Source of the DNA: a virus
Reading direction: 5' to 3' (one strand)
IMG/VR virus record: IMGVR_UViG_3300009594_000003
Coordinates: 1-64,000 of that record
DNA: 64,000 nt
Shown here: positions 9,181 through 18,958 of the stretch, in pieces
Numbering within the stretch: the first letter of the stretch is position 1
Layout of the letters: each line of letters begins with the position of its first letter
Program-made: the position numbers and the translations under genes
The notes under the pieces: generated by a model
What the model was told of the DNA's origin: nothing
What the model saw: only the letters and a program-made list of their open reading frames with translations
Database searches by the model: none

Positions 9181-10194
9181 TTACTTGCCAAATACCTTTT
9201 CATATCCATCGAGCCATCCTGTAAACTGCTCGAAGAAGTCTTCGCCCTCGTATTCTGTGTGGGCATTTACTGGGATATTAACGGCTGCTGGGTCTATTGC
9301 AAGCGGTGTTTGCTGACTTTTCGGAGTTTCCTTTTTGAGTCCGAGTTTGACTAGATCAACACCGTTCTTCTCCAGTTTTGCCGATAACTTGGCTATGTCG
9401 CCTTGGAGTTTAGGATCGTTGGCGGCGACCATCTGCTTCAACTCTTCGATCTTGCCTTTGAACTTCTCGGCGGAGGCCGCAGCAGCAAGGGCGGCAGAAC
9501 CACCAAAGTCCTCACCATGCTTGCCAGCCGCAATGGAATCCATCATCTTCTGCAAGGCAGCACCGTAACTGTTGTGGAACTGAGCGGCTTTCATGGCCTG
9601 CATAGCTTGCGTCAGGAAGCCCACAACCGCCTTAATGGGGTCGTCACCGCCGCCTGCATTAGCACCAGCGTTGCCTGGAGTCTGGTCTGGAGGGGTTTGT
9701 GGAGAACCCGGAGGCGTAGCTGCACTTGGATCAGTAGGGGCACCCTCAGCACCACCGTCCCAGCCTTGAGCCAATTCCTTGCCGAATGGTCTGAAGAAGT
9801 TGGCTATGCCGCCTAGTGCATCGCCGAGTTTCTTACGCCCGTATCCGAGCAAACCAGCACCAGCACCAACGGCCTTCCTAGCTCCTCTACCGAACAAGCG
9901 ACCTAACCCACGACGTAGTGACCAGCCCTTTCCGGCGTTGTAGTCATCTCCGACCGTGGCTTCTAGATACAGATCGCCGAGAATTTCTTCTTTCTCAGAC
10001 AAAATCTGTAGAATGGCCTTGTGGGTGTCTGAATCTAGATCGCTACATTCGAGAAGTTCGTATAGTTGGCCCTCGAAAAAATTCCAAGTGAAAATAACTG
10101 GATTGATGTCATTTTCAACGAATACTCTGGCACTTTCCCAGAGCAGAGTATCGTTTTTCCTAAACTCACGATATTCCTTGAATGACTTCATCAC
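9181..10194 (-). CDS. Putative internal head protein (CTS-like N-terminus)
   Basis: starts MKSFKEYRE; Gly/Ala/Pro low-complexity middle. Confidence 0.6.
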   Translation of the reverse strand: MMKSFKEYREFRKNDTLLWESARVFVENDINPVIFTWNFFEGQLYELLECSDLDSDTHKAILQILSEKEEILGDLYLEATVGDDYNAGKGWSLRRGLGRLFGRGARKAVGAGAGLLGYGRKKLGDALGGIANFFRPFGKELAQGWDGGAEGAPTDPSAATPPGSPQTPPDQTPGNAGANAGGGDDPIKAVVGFLTQAMQAMKAAQFHNSYGAALQKMMDSIAAGKHGEDFGGSAALAAAASAEKFKGKIEELKQMVAANDPKLQGDIAKLSAKLEKNGVDLVKLGLKKETPKSQQTPLAIDPAAVNIPVNAHTEYEGEDFFEQFTGWLDGYEKVFGK

Positions 10195-10991
10195 GGTCCC
10201 TTCTTTGGTTTCATTGCCTCTAGCCTTGAGAATACGAATGGTATCACAGGCAATGTTTCACTAGAATCGAATGCATATGATACAGTGTTATTTACACTTT
10301 CATCTAATTTTTTCAGGTCGCTAATAGGAACTGCATAGGACACACCAAAGACCGGGTACATATGACCGTTGACCTTGGCCCCACGAATGCAAAACATAAC
10401 TCCGACCAGTTTATTGTTGTGAAATAAAGGCCCTCCCGAATCCCCTGGAACCGTGTAAACGGAAGTCCGCAGGCAACTCTTGCTTTTGTCGCTTGGCAGC
10501 TTCACTAAAACTCCTGTAACCTTTCCGAAGTCCACACGTAGGTCGTCACCCAAGCCGCCGCCGACTCGAACTACCTCATTACCAATGAACAGCTTCTCCT
10601 CGAAACCCAAATCTACCGTATGCAGCTTCTGATCTGATTCAAAGGCAATAAGTGCCAAATCGATTTTCGGATCAGAAGCAATAACACGGAACTTGAACTT
10701 ATCTTGACCATCGGGCTGCGACCAATTTTTGTACTTGATGACATAAATTGTCGGGCATTCCATGCCTCTTACTACATGGGCACACGTCAAAGCGATGTTG
10801 CGATAGGTATCTTCTGATTTCTCTGATCTCAGCACTACAGCCGTACCACTGCACTCGCTCCCTGGACAATACACCTGGAGGGTCGGGTATAGGCATTTCT
10901 CATGAAGGGTTTTATCGAGTTCCCCACTAGATACCGGAAGTGTAAAGAAAAGAACAAAAGACACAGTAAATAAAGGGATTGAATATTTCAT
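10191..10991 (-). CDS. Secreted trypsin-like (S1) serine protease
   Basis: signal peptide; TCAHVV, DLAL and GDSGGPL triad motifs. Confidence 0.88.
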   Translation of the reverse strand: MKYSIPLFTVSFVLFFTLPVSSGELDKTLHEKCLYPTLQVYCPGSECSGTAVVLRSEKSEDTYRNIALTCAHVVRGMECPTIYVIKYKNWSQPDGQDKFKFRVIASDPKIDLALIAFESDQKLHTVDLGFEEKLFIGNEVVRVGGGLGDDLRVDFGKVTGVLVKLPSDKSKSCLRTSVYTVPGDSGGPLFHNNKLVGVMFCIRGAKVNGHMYPVFGVSYAVPISDLKKLDESVNNTVSYAFDSSETLPVIPFVFSRLEAMKPKKGP

Positions 10992-11009
10992 ATTAGATAT
11001 ATATGAAAC

Positions 11010-11660
11010 ATGGAGGTCAAAATGTCTTCTAACAACAACGTGCTACTTGCTGTGATAGTAGCTTTGGCTGTCGGTATCTTTGGGGTCTATAAATGGAAGT
11101 CAGCGAAGAATGCCGACCCACAAGACAACTGGCAGCAGTGGAACCCGCAAGATCAAGAATGGCAACAGTGGACCCCACTAGCCATGCCACCAGGGACTCC
11201 ACCCACCGACCCGCCGACCACCCCTCCGGGGAACCCTCTTGGCACTCCCCGCAATTATACCGAAGCTATAAATTTTGCCAAACGCAATAATAAGCAAGTC
11301 TTGCTCGTTTTCGGTGCGGAATGGTGCCAGTGGTGCAAAAAGTTGAAAACCGAAACCTTGGCTAGTGCAGACGTGCAGAGCAAAGTATCGGGCTACGTGT
11401 ACTACTATGTCGATACCGACAAGGAAAAGGAGTTAGCCAGAAAATACAAAGTATCTGGCGTGCCGTACTATGCTATAGTGAATCCTAGCAACGAGTCGGT
11501 AGTTAGGCAGGGAAACGGATTCAAGTCTAATGTAGAATTCATAGCTTGGCTGGAAGGGAGAGACAACCAGCCGAGAAACCAACCTAGGCCGTTGAGGAGA
11601 GATCGGAGTCAGCCTCCGAGCCAACCTCCGAGGACTCAACCGCCTTTGGGTCCAGGCTGA
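11010..11660 (+). CDS. Membrane-anchored thioredoxin-fold protein
   Basis: N-terminal TM helix, FGAEWCQWC, GVPY cis-Pro loop, Pro-rich linkers. Confidence 0.85.
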   Translation: MEVKMSSNNNVLLAVIVALAVGIFGVYKWKSAKNADPQDNWQQWNPQDQEWQQWTPLAMPPGTPPTDPPTTPPGNPLGTPRNYTEAINFAKRNNKQVLLVFGAEWCQWCKKLKTETLASADVQSKVSGYVYYYVDTDKEKELARKYKVSGVPYYAIVNPSNESVVRQGNGFKSNVEFIAWLEGRDNQPRNQPRPLRRDRSQPPSQPPRTQPPLGPG

Positions 11661-11704
11661 AGAGTCTTCATTGAGTAACCCGCAGTTACGGGGGGGGTCA
11701 CAAA

Positions 11705-12955
11705 ATGCTGGAAGATGCGAAGAAGCAGCTATACGCTGCTTTGCCTTATGCGAATATCGATCCAGAAAGTGTGTTGAGACTTGAAAGCCCGGAGAAGACG
11801 TTAGAAGTAAGCATCCCAATGCGACACGACGACGGGACGCTGAAAATGTACAGTGCATATCGTTGTCATTACGACAGTACCCTTGGCCCGGCAAAAGGCG
11901 GAATTCGCTACCACCCTCACGTCGATAAAGATCATGTCCAAGCTCTAGCCTTCTGGATGACGTTCAAGTGTGCCGCCGTGAAGGTGCCTTTCGGCGGGGC
12001 CAAAGGGGGCGTCTCTATAGACCCTAAGAAATTATCCAACCGAGAACTAGAGAGAATCAGTAAAGCATACATCAGTGCCTTTGCCGACTTCATTGGCACG
12101 GACGTAGACATACCTGCTCCCGATCTAGGAACCAACGAACGAGTCATGGGGTGGATGTACTCGGAATATCGCAGAATCAAAGGCGGCAATCCGAGAGCCA
12201 TCATCACAGGGAAACCTGTTCCCTTGGGAGGGATTATTGGCAGGAGTTCGGCGACAGGTTACGGGGGCTACTACGTACTAGAAACACTGCTCAACAAGTA
12301 CCTCGATAAAGTCAAGATAGCTGGCAAAGAGAACCTGAGAGTGGCAATCCAAGGCTTCGGAAATGTAGGCTATTGGTTTGCAGAGAAGTGTTACAAGAAC
12401 CATATCAAAGTGGTTGCGGTAACGAACCAATACGGCGGGGTCTATGATCCCAAGGGCCTCGATATACCGAAATGCAAGTTCAACATCGACAACTCCCAGG
12501 AGAAAGAATTCGGGCTGGGCACTAAAATCACCAACGAAGAGTTATTTGAACTAGATACCGATGTATTGGTTCCAGCCGCTATAGAAAACGTCATTACCAA
12601 AGACAACGCCAGAAAGATCAAAACTCCCCTCATATTTGAATTGGCAAACGGGCCTACTACCCCGGATGCCGATGAGATGCTCCAAAATAAAATAATCGTT
12701 CCAGATATCCTCGCCAACGCCGGTGGTGTTGTTGTATCTTACTTCGAGTGGCTGCAAAACAGGCACGCCGAGGAATGGGATGCCGAGAGAGTCAATCTAG
12801 AACTGAACAAGAAGATGAAGTATGCCACAGAGAAGATGATGGATATGTATATGACACATCAGACTTCTATGCGTACAGCTACCTACATTCTAGCCTTGAA
12901 ACGGATCGCAGCCGCCAACGAGTGTTTGGGTAATCGAGGCTTTTTCCAGAGATAA
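11705..12955 (+). CDS. gdhA: Glu/Leu/Phe/Val dehydrogenase (glutamate dehydrogenase)
   Basis: GPAKGGIRYHP, PFGGAKGG, DIPAPD, IQGFGNVG, ELANGP, ANAGGVVVSYFEW. Confidence 0.92.
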   Translation: MLEDAKKQLYAALPYANIDPESVLRLESPEKTLEVSIPMRHDDGTLKMYSAYRCHYDSTLGPAKGGIRYHPHVDKDHVQALAFWMTFKCAAVKVPFGGAKGGVSIDPKKLSNRELERISKAYISAFADFIGTDVDIPAPDLGTNERVMGWMYSEYRRIKGGNPRAIITGKPVPLGGIIGRSSATGYGGYYVLETLLNKYLDKVKIAGKENLRVAIQGFGNVGYWFAEKCYKNHIKVVAVTNQYGGVYDPKGLDIPKCKFNIDNSQEKEFGLGTKITNEELFELDTDVLVPAAIENVITKDNARKIKTPLIFELANGPTTPDADEMLQNKIIVPDILANAGGVVVSYFEWLQNRHAEEWDAERVNLELNKKMKYATEKMMDMYMTHQTSMRTATYILALKRIAAANECLGNRGFFQR

Positions 12956-13231
12956 CTAGAGTTGCGATAGGCTCACGACAGGGATCGTCACCCCCAGGTA
13001 GCGATCTCCAGAGGGGGTTATCAACTTTATGCAAACCTGCCGTGTTGGAGGATCGAAACTAATGATCTGCCATTTGGCTGGGTCTAAGTTCTCGAAAAAC
13101 TCCTTCATCTTCGTCTCGGTGGGCAGCGTGGCTATAAGAGCCGTTTGGCTAAGACGTTGAGAGTTAAAACAAGCTGTCCTGTAAAACTGCATAGTCACAC
13201 TCCTTTATCATATGTAGTGGAGAAGAAAGAA

Positions 13232-13486
13232 ATGCCGAAGGAAGATTGTTATTGGTACGTTGATAGAACAGTACCGGAGGACAAACAAACTATACAGGTA
13301 ATGTGTACGGACTGCTATAAGAAGGAAAACTTCGAGGAGTACGCCCTGCACGAGCGACCGTGGTTTTGGAATGGATCGAAATTAGGCTATGGCGACTACG
13401 ATCTGAATTGTTCTCTATGCGGACATGTCATCTACTTGAGAGAAAAACCAGATGGTAAAAAAGCTGAGACCTCCATTCAAGGTTAA
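13232..13486 (+). CDS. Small Zn-binding hypothetical protein
   Basis: CTDC and CSLC pairs; ATG after a purine-rich stretch. Confidence 0.55.
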   Translation: MPKEDCYWYVDRTVPEDKQTIQVMCTDCYKKENFEEYALHERPWFWNGSKLGYGDYDLNCSLCGHVIYLREKPDGKKAETSIQG

Positions 13487-14210
13487 TGGGTACAAGCATT
13501 ACTTGGCAGGCTGGATAGTAAAGAACTTTCCGAAAAACTACCAAGAACTAGATTATATAGAACCCTATGCTGGGGCCGCTAGTGTGCTTTTGACTAAGGA
13601 TCGTTCGACGGCGGACAAAATCGAAGCACTCAACGATTCAGACTTGGGTATTATCCAGATACTCCGTGCATTGCGAGACGATCCCGATTGTTTCGTCAAA
13701 AGGTTGAAGCACACAACCTATTCTGAGAAGGTCTTTCAAAGGGAACTAGCTAGGACCGAGTTTGAAGACTACATAGACCATGCACTGAGAGAGTTCATCA
13801 TCCGCCGAATGAGCAGGGGTGGAGAGATGACAGTATTCGCTTGGTCTGAAAGGAAGCGAGGAGGCCAACCAAGCGAAATCAATGCTTGGAAAACCATTCT
13901 AGAAGAAATCCCCACTATAGCATCCCGCCTAAAAAACGTCAGACTTCTAAACAAGGACGGGCATGAAGTCATCCGCTCCTTCAACGACGAAAACACCCTC
14001 TGCTACTGCGATCCTCCAGCTTTCGAGAACAACGAAGCGAGTATACGCACTCACCACGAGTTATGGCAGGTTTTGAACGGTTTTGGCGGCAAAGTCATAT
14101 TGAGCGGAACGCAGAACAGTTTCTACAACCGACTCTACAAAGGATGGAACAAGATCAGCAACAAAGATGGCAGGAAGGCCAAGCCAGATATACTCTGGCT
14201 GAACTACTAG
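13452..14210 (+). CDS. Dam/D12-class adenine methyltransferase-like protein with degenerate catalytic motif
   Basis: YIEPYAGAASV, EALND, YCDPPA in place of DPPY, terminal LWLNY. Confidence 0.8.
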   Translation: MVKKLRPPFKVNGYKHYLAGWIVKNFPKNYQELDYIEPYAGAASVLLTKDRSTADKIEALNDSDLGIIQILRALRDDPDCFVKRLKHTTYSEKVFQRELARTEFEDYIDHALREFIIRRMSRGGEMTVFAWSERKRGGQPSEINAWKTILEEIPTIASRLKNVRLLNKDGHEVIRSFNDENTLCYCDPPAFENNEASIRTHHELWQVLNGFGGKVILSGTQNSFYNRLYKGWNKISNKDGRKAKPDILWLNY

Positions 14211-14256
14211 GCCACGCCCAGGCGTGGCTTTTTGTTTGATCCTTGATACATACTGA

Positions 14257-14481
14257 GTGGAACTCAACTTCAAGAGATGGTTGGAAGATGCTGGCGAGAC
14301 CTTCCACGTTAGTATATCCAACCAAGCTGCCGAGGACGGCTTCAACCAGTTACCGGGCAACGTCACCGGACGGAAGACAATGCCCTCGAAATTCGACCCA
14401 AATAAGAAGTTCGGTTTCCAGAGGAAAACAGACAAGACACGCCTAAATAGAGATAGTTCAAGCAAGGAGAATTATGGCTAA
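14257..14481 (+). CDS. Small CTS-like protein
   Basis: MELNFKRWLE; TACATA box 4 nt before the GTG. Confidence 0.55.
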   Translation: MELNFKRWLEDAGETFHVSISNQAAEDGFNQLPGNVTGRKTMPSKFDPNKKFGFQRKTDKTRLNRDSSSKENYG

Positions 14482-14542
14482 TCTAACACCAGCTATTACG
14501 TTCTGCTCACCAAGCGGTTCTAGAAGTCGTGAGCGTGGCCTA

Positions 14543-14896
14543 ATGACCCTGAGCTTCCAACGTCTATGCGAGATCATGGACCGGAGAAAAGCCCTGCGTG
14601 AACAAGAGGAAGGCGAGGCGATGCAGGGCGGTGGAGAGAGTGCGGCCATGACGGTCGTTCGCTCCGGTCTCGATCTCCGCAGCGAGGATTGCGGGAGCTT
14701 TTGGGATGACTTTATGAATATCTGCAACAACGCCGAGGGCATGTCTCAACTGCTAGATGTGCCTGCGGAGCAAGTGGCGAATTGGGCGACGAAAGTAAGA
14801 GAGATGGTACAGAAAATAGAACAGGCCGACGATCAGGAGGCGGGTTCTTCGGATAAGAAGGCTTCGGTCATCACAACTGGAACCGAGATGGAGTAA
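14543..14896 (+). CDS. CTS-like hypothetical protein
   Basis: MTLSFQRLCE after a TAATG junction; the ORF track extends it to 14474, probably through a deleted upstream gene. Confidence 0.55.
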   Translation: MTLSFQRLCEIMDRRKALREQEEGEAMQGGGESAAMTVVRSGLDLRSEDCGSFWDDFMNICNNAEGMSQLLDVPAEQVANWATKVREMVQKIEQADDQEAGSSDKKASVITTGTEME

Positions 14897-14898
14897 AC

Positions 14899-15312
14899 AT
14901 GAAATCATATCAAGATTGGGAACTAGAACAGGCACGCAAGGTCATCTCTGAATTCATGGCTAGCGATAAACCACTCGATGCCAAGGAGGTTCCTGTCCTT
15001 CAGCGTACCTTTAACCGAGTGGCTATAGACAAATTCGGCAAGATGCTAAGCGGCGACAATACCAAAGATGATCCAATGAACATGCAGCATCTAGCCGGTA
15101 CAAGGGGCCTTATGGGAACAGGAACCCACTCTGTAGAAGGCAGCGTTTCTGGTGCTATGATGCCCATCGTGAAGAGACTGCTTGCCAAGTACGACAAGGG
15201 CGACAAAAGGCAGGCTGTTATGGCTGCATTGAACGAGATCATGGAAGCGTCGTACTTCGCAATGAGTCAAGTCTTAAGCAAAACCGGAATTGGAAATGCT
15301 GATGAAAACTAG
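14899..15312 (+). CDS. CTS-like hypothetical protein
   Basis: MKSYQDWELE resembles T4 MKTYQEFIAE. Confidence 0.6.
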   Translation: MKSYQDWELEQARKVISEFMASDKPLDAKEVPVLQRTFNRVAIDKFGKMLSGDNTKDDPMNMQHLAGTRGLMGTGTHSVEGSVSGAMMPIVKRLLAKYDKGDKRQAVMAALNEIMEASYFAMSQVLSKTGIGNADEN

Positions 15313-15751
15313 TGTGAAGACTTTTCTAGAGTGGTCTAAATTGCGTAGCGAGATGGTGGGTGCCACAGAACCCAACATGGCTATCAGCACGGACGGCAGT
15401 GCAAATCAAATGGCTACTGGAGCTAAGAGGTTCCTTGGTACTCAGACCACAAGGGCCATTGGCGGTACTACTAATTTCGTGAACGCCCTGGCTATGATAT
15501 CTCAAAATAATCCGGCCTTACTCACTAAAGTTGTCGGTACTATAACCTCAGCCATCCGATCTCTCAAGGATGATGAAGTAGACCCAGAAACCAAAGAACA
15601 ACTCGTAAACTCGCTTCGAGCATCCGTTCCAGGTTTGAAACAGTTAGAAGGCCCCCCTGGGGCTAAGCCGTCAGCCGCCCCAACCGATCAACCAACGGTA
15701 GGCGGAACAGAGGCTAAACCTCTCGGTAACATAAGAGGCACCCCGGCATAA
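15302..15751 (+). CDS. CTS-like hypothetical protein
   Basis: MKTSVKTFLEWSKLRSE. Confidence 0.6.
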   Translation: MKTSVKTFLEWSKLRSEMVGATEPNMAISTDGSANQMATGAKRFLGTQTTRAIGGTTNFVNALAMISQNNPALLTKVVGTITSAIRSLKDDEVDPETKEQLVNSLRASVPGLKQLEGPPGAKPSAAPTDQPTVGGTEAKPLGNIRGTPA

Positions 15752-15761
15752 GAGGGGTAGC

Positions 15762-16829
15762 ATGAACCAAATTGTTACTAATCGTGAACGAGAAAAAATT
15801 CAAAGGATACAAAAGATACTGATGGCGAAGAGGATTGCTTCTCCAGTAAAGCAACCCTCTACTCTGAAGCAGATATCCGCCGTGCCATCGCAACCTCCTG
15901 CACCAAACACACAGCAGCGAATCATATCGGGTCGCAGTGGCGTAATCAAAAAGACTATCAACCAGAATCAACGCATCACTGAGCAGGCCAGGAACGCCCG
16001 CCCTGCGACAGTCGGTCGCTCTACGCCCATCAATGAAAAAGTTATATTCCTGTCTGGTGGTATCGGGGATGTGTTGACCGTAGAGAGCTTCATGCCGGAA
16101 ATGAGGAAGAAGTACCTGGAAACCATACTCTACGGAACTCGCAAACACCTAGTTATTCAAGAACTCTTCCAAGCATTGCCAAACTACCCAAACCTGAAAG
16201 AACATCGGGTAGTTTGGAGTGATTTCACCAACTTCTGGTGCTTCTTATACAAAACTGAGTGCGAAAACAGGTATGTCAAACAAGGAGCAATTCCACCCGC
16301 CATCCTTGCCGCCGCCGAAGATTACGGCATAGCAATCAAATTCCCCGTCATCAAGAGCGGACAATGGCCCTTCGTAGGGTCCAGCTTCATTAAACATCAG
16401 GTAGCCAATATAGATCGTCTTAACTTGCCACAAAACTACATAGTGATTGCTCCATATAGCTCAGACAAGGCTAATTCCAGGCGGGATTTCACGTCCGCCG
16501 ATTGGGAGGCAACAATAACTATGTTGCGCAGACGTGGAGCCAAAGGAGTGGTAGTAAACAATGGCACGGACTTTGTGCCGAACTCTGACCAGCTTATAAA
16601 CCTGTCCAATAAGACAACCATCCTAGAAAGCATTGAGGCTACGAAAAAGGCCAGTGCCTACATCGGGATAGATACTTGCTTCTCGGTTCTAGCCGCACAA
16701 CTTTTCCAATCGTCAAACTTGATAATCAAGTGCGTAAATAACCACGGCCTCAACAACAAGGCCGTATACTTTGCCCCTCATAACACATTTGAGTTCATTG
16801 TAGACGCAGTAAGCGGAAGGACCATTTAA
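15762..16829 (+). CDS. Glycosyltransferase, GT9/heptosyltransferase-like, with basic N-terminal extension
   Basis: SGGIGDVL, YIVIAP.S.....R, NLSNKTTILE, YIGIDT. Confidence 0.7.
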   Translation: MNQIVTNREREKIQRIQKILMAKRIASPVKQPSTLKQISAVPSQPPAPNTQQRIISGRSGVIKKTINQNQRITEQARNARPATVGRSTPINEKVIFLSGGIGDVLTVESFMPEMRKKYLETILYGTRKHLVIQELFQALPNYPNLKEHRVVWSDFTNFWCFLYKTECENRYVKQGAIPPAILAAAEDYGIAIKFPVIKSGQWPFVGSSFIKHQVANIDRLNLPQNYIVIAPYSSDKANSRRDFTSADWEATITMLRRRGAKGVVVNNGTDFVPNSDQLINLSNKTTILESIEATKKASAYIGIDTCFSVLAAQLFQSSNLIIKCVNNHGLNNKAVYFAPHNTFEFIVDAVSGRTI

Positions 16830-17482
16830 TGGATAGAACCATTGGATCGTATCCTGCGGTAGAAGACGGAGACCTGATCTTTTGCACCAATGTTGACATA
16901 GCCTACCAAAAGGACATGTCCAAGAGTGTATCCTACGATAAAGAATACTACGAAAATTACGTCAAGCGGGAAGGCACCGACATAGCAGTTGCACTCAACA
17001 AAGCCAGAGTTGGTATCGTTGAGAAATACTGCTACAACCGTGATATACTAGATATCGGCATTGGTTCAGGCGAGTTCATTAGAAGCTGCCGTCACAATAA
17101 GGCATACGGCTTTGACATCAATCCATACGGCGTCGTCTGGTTGAAAGACAGATACTTGTACATCGATCCCTGGCATCATGTTCCTTACCACATTTCCGGT
17201 GTGACGCTCTGGGACACCCTTGAACACATGCCAAAACCAACCGACTTCCTTGATCTGATGCCAGAAGGCATGTTTGTATTCCTCTCGATGCCCATGTTCA
17301 CAGACATCAAGAACATCAGATCAAGTAAACATTACAAGCCAAATGAACACTATTACTACTACTCGGTTGATGGATTTGCTCACTATGCAAAAGACGCTGA
17401 CTTCGAGGTCTTGGAACATAACAACCAAGAAACGCTAGCCGGACGTACTGGTATAGAGACATTCGTTCTCAGAAAGCAATGA
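16829..17482 (+). CDS. Class I SAM-dependent methyltransferase
   Basis: ILDIGIGSGEF, GFDINP, WDTLEH. Confidence 0.8.
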   Translation: MDRTIGSYPAVEDGDLIFCTNVDIAYQKDMSKSVSYDKEYYENYVKREGTDIAVALNKARVGIVEKYCYNRDILDIGIGSGEFIRSCRHNKAYGFDINPYGVVWLKDRYLYIDPWHHVPYHISGVTLWDTLEHMPKPTDFLDLMPEGMFVFLSMPMFTDIKNIRSSKHYKPNEHYYYYSVDGFAHYAKDADFEVLEHNNQETLAGRTGIETFVLRKQ

Positions 17483-17510
17483 AAAAAAGGCCCGCATAGC
17501 GGGCCTTTTT
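17482..17510. terminator. Bidirectional terminator
   Basis: AAAAAAAGGCCCGC-ATA-GCGGGCCTTTTT. Confidence 0.85.
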
Positions 17511-17511
17511 G

Positions 17512-18501
17512 TTAGTTGATACCATTTTCTGCTTGATATGCTTTGACAGCTTCAACTAGTTTGCGTGGATCAATGATCCCAAATCCCTGGTAGAATGTCG
17601 GGTCTCCTAGAAGTCCGTTCTGAATGTTTGATGTGTTCTTCTTGAAAATCGTCCTGTAGTCTTCTGCCATGTCGAGTTTAATCCTCAGTCCCTTGCTCCT
17701 CTTGTATGACAACACGAGTGCCGCTACACCTACAGCAAACGGACAGGCCATACTGGTTCCCGAAAGGATAGCGTACCAGTTATCAGGAACGGTTGAGAAT
17801 ATCTTGTCTCCCGGTGCCATGAAGTCCAGGTCTTTACCTGTGTTGGAAAACGTGGCCCTCTTCAGTTCCTCGGTGATCGCCCCAATAGCTATGGTTTCCG
17901 GGTACAGAGCCGGATAAAACACGTTCTGTGTTAGTCCTGCGTTACCCGCAGCACAAAATGTAACGACGTTCTTAGATGCGGCGTATTGCAGAGCCTTCTT
18001 GACCTCCTGTGTCGGGCGAGGCGAACCCAGAGACATAGCCAGGATGTCCGCCCCATTATCCACAGCCCAACGTATGCCTTTAGCCACATTTAGCAAGCTG
18101 CCATTGCCATGACGATCTAGCACCTTTACTGGAAGGACTTTGGCCTTTGGTGCTACACCAACCATGCCTATGTCGTTATTGCTTGCTACAATAATACCAG
18201 TGACATGCGTACCATGCTGGTTATCGTCGTCTGGTAGTTTAGCTTCGTTGACGAAATTCTTCCCAGGTAACAGGTTCTCGGCTAGGTCTGGGTGATCCAG
18301 GTCGCAACCGGTGTCTAACACTGCGATGGTTACACCTTCGCCCTGGGTTAGATTCCAGGCGTCGGGCAAGCTGAATGCGGTTATATTCCATCCAACTTTC
18401 TGGCGGGCGTCTTGCAGCGATAGTACCTCCTCGACCTCAAATGGAGGTAATTTGCATTTCTTATCCGTTCGTTGGTTGCTGGTTTTCTTCTTCCGTGCCA
18501 T
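17512..18501 (-). CDS. Subtilisin-like S8 serine protease
   Basis: AVLDTG, HGTHVTG, AAGN, SGTSMACP. Confidence 0.93.
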   Translation of the reverse strand: MARKKKTSNQRTDKKCKLPPFEVEEVLSLQDARQKVGWNITAFSLPDAWNLTQGEGVTIAVLDTGCDLDHPDLAENLLPGKNFVNEAKLPDDDNQHGTHVTGIIVASNNDIGMVGVAPKAKVLPVKVLDRHGNGSLLNVAKGIRWAVDNGADILAMSLGSPRPTQEVKKALQYAASKNVVTFCAAGNAGLTQNVFYPALYPETIAIGAITEELKRATFSNTGKDLDFMAPGDKIFSTVPDNWYAILSGTSMACPFAVGVAALVLSYKRSKGLRIKLDMAEDYRTIFKKNTSNIQNGLLGDPTFYQGFGIIDPRKLVEAVKAYQAENGIN

Positions 18502-18913
18502 TTTCCTCCTTTGGAACCATAGCCCCCTCGTTGTACTTGCTAACCAGGAAGTCGATGGCGTTTCCTACAACTACGTTGATGACGAAGGCTTTGATGGCTG
18601 GTACAAATGGCCGCAACCAAAAGGGCATGATTTCTTTGACAGTGAAATCAAATAGTTTGGTCACAGCCATCATAACGACCGCCTTTTTGTCAGCACCGGC
18701 AGGGATGATCGGTTCTACGTACTGGATCAATCCATCTAGCGACTTCAACAGAAATTTAACTACTTGATGTATCTTGCTGCTTGGAATTTTCTTCCAAAAC
18801 TCCCACCAACGTGGTCCTTTTTCTTTCTGCTCGGCAGCATACTCCTCGGCGAGTGCATTGACGTAATCTTCTACTGCATTGATCTGTTCTTGCGTTAGCA
18901 TATGAAGTGACAT
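18461..18913 (-). CDS. Holin-like amphipathic protein
   Basis: GADKK motif between hydrophobic helices; GGAGG RBS and TAGATA box; overlaps the S8 gene. Confidence 0.45.
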   Translation of the reverse strand: MSLHMLTQEQINAVEDYVNALAEEYAAEQKEKGPRWWEFWKKIPSSKIHQVVKFLLKSLDGLIQYVEPIIPAGADKKAVVMMAVTKLFDFTVKEIMPFWLRPFVPAIKAFVINVVVGNAIDFLVSKYNEGAMVPKEENGTEEENQQPTNG

Positions 18914-18958
18914 ATTGCCTCCTTAACACTATCTAGCCTTCTGACAGGAGGATTTAGG

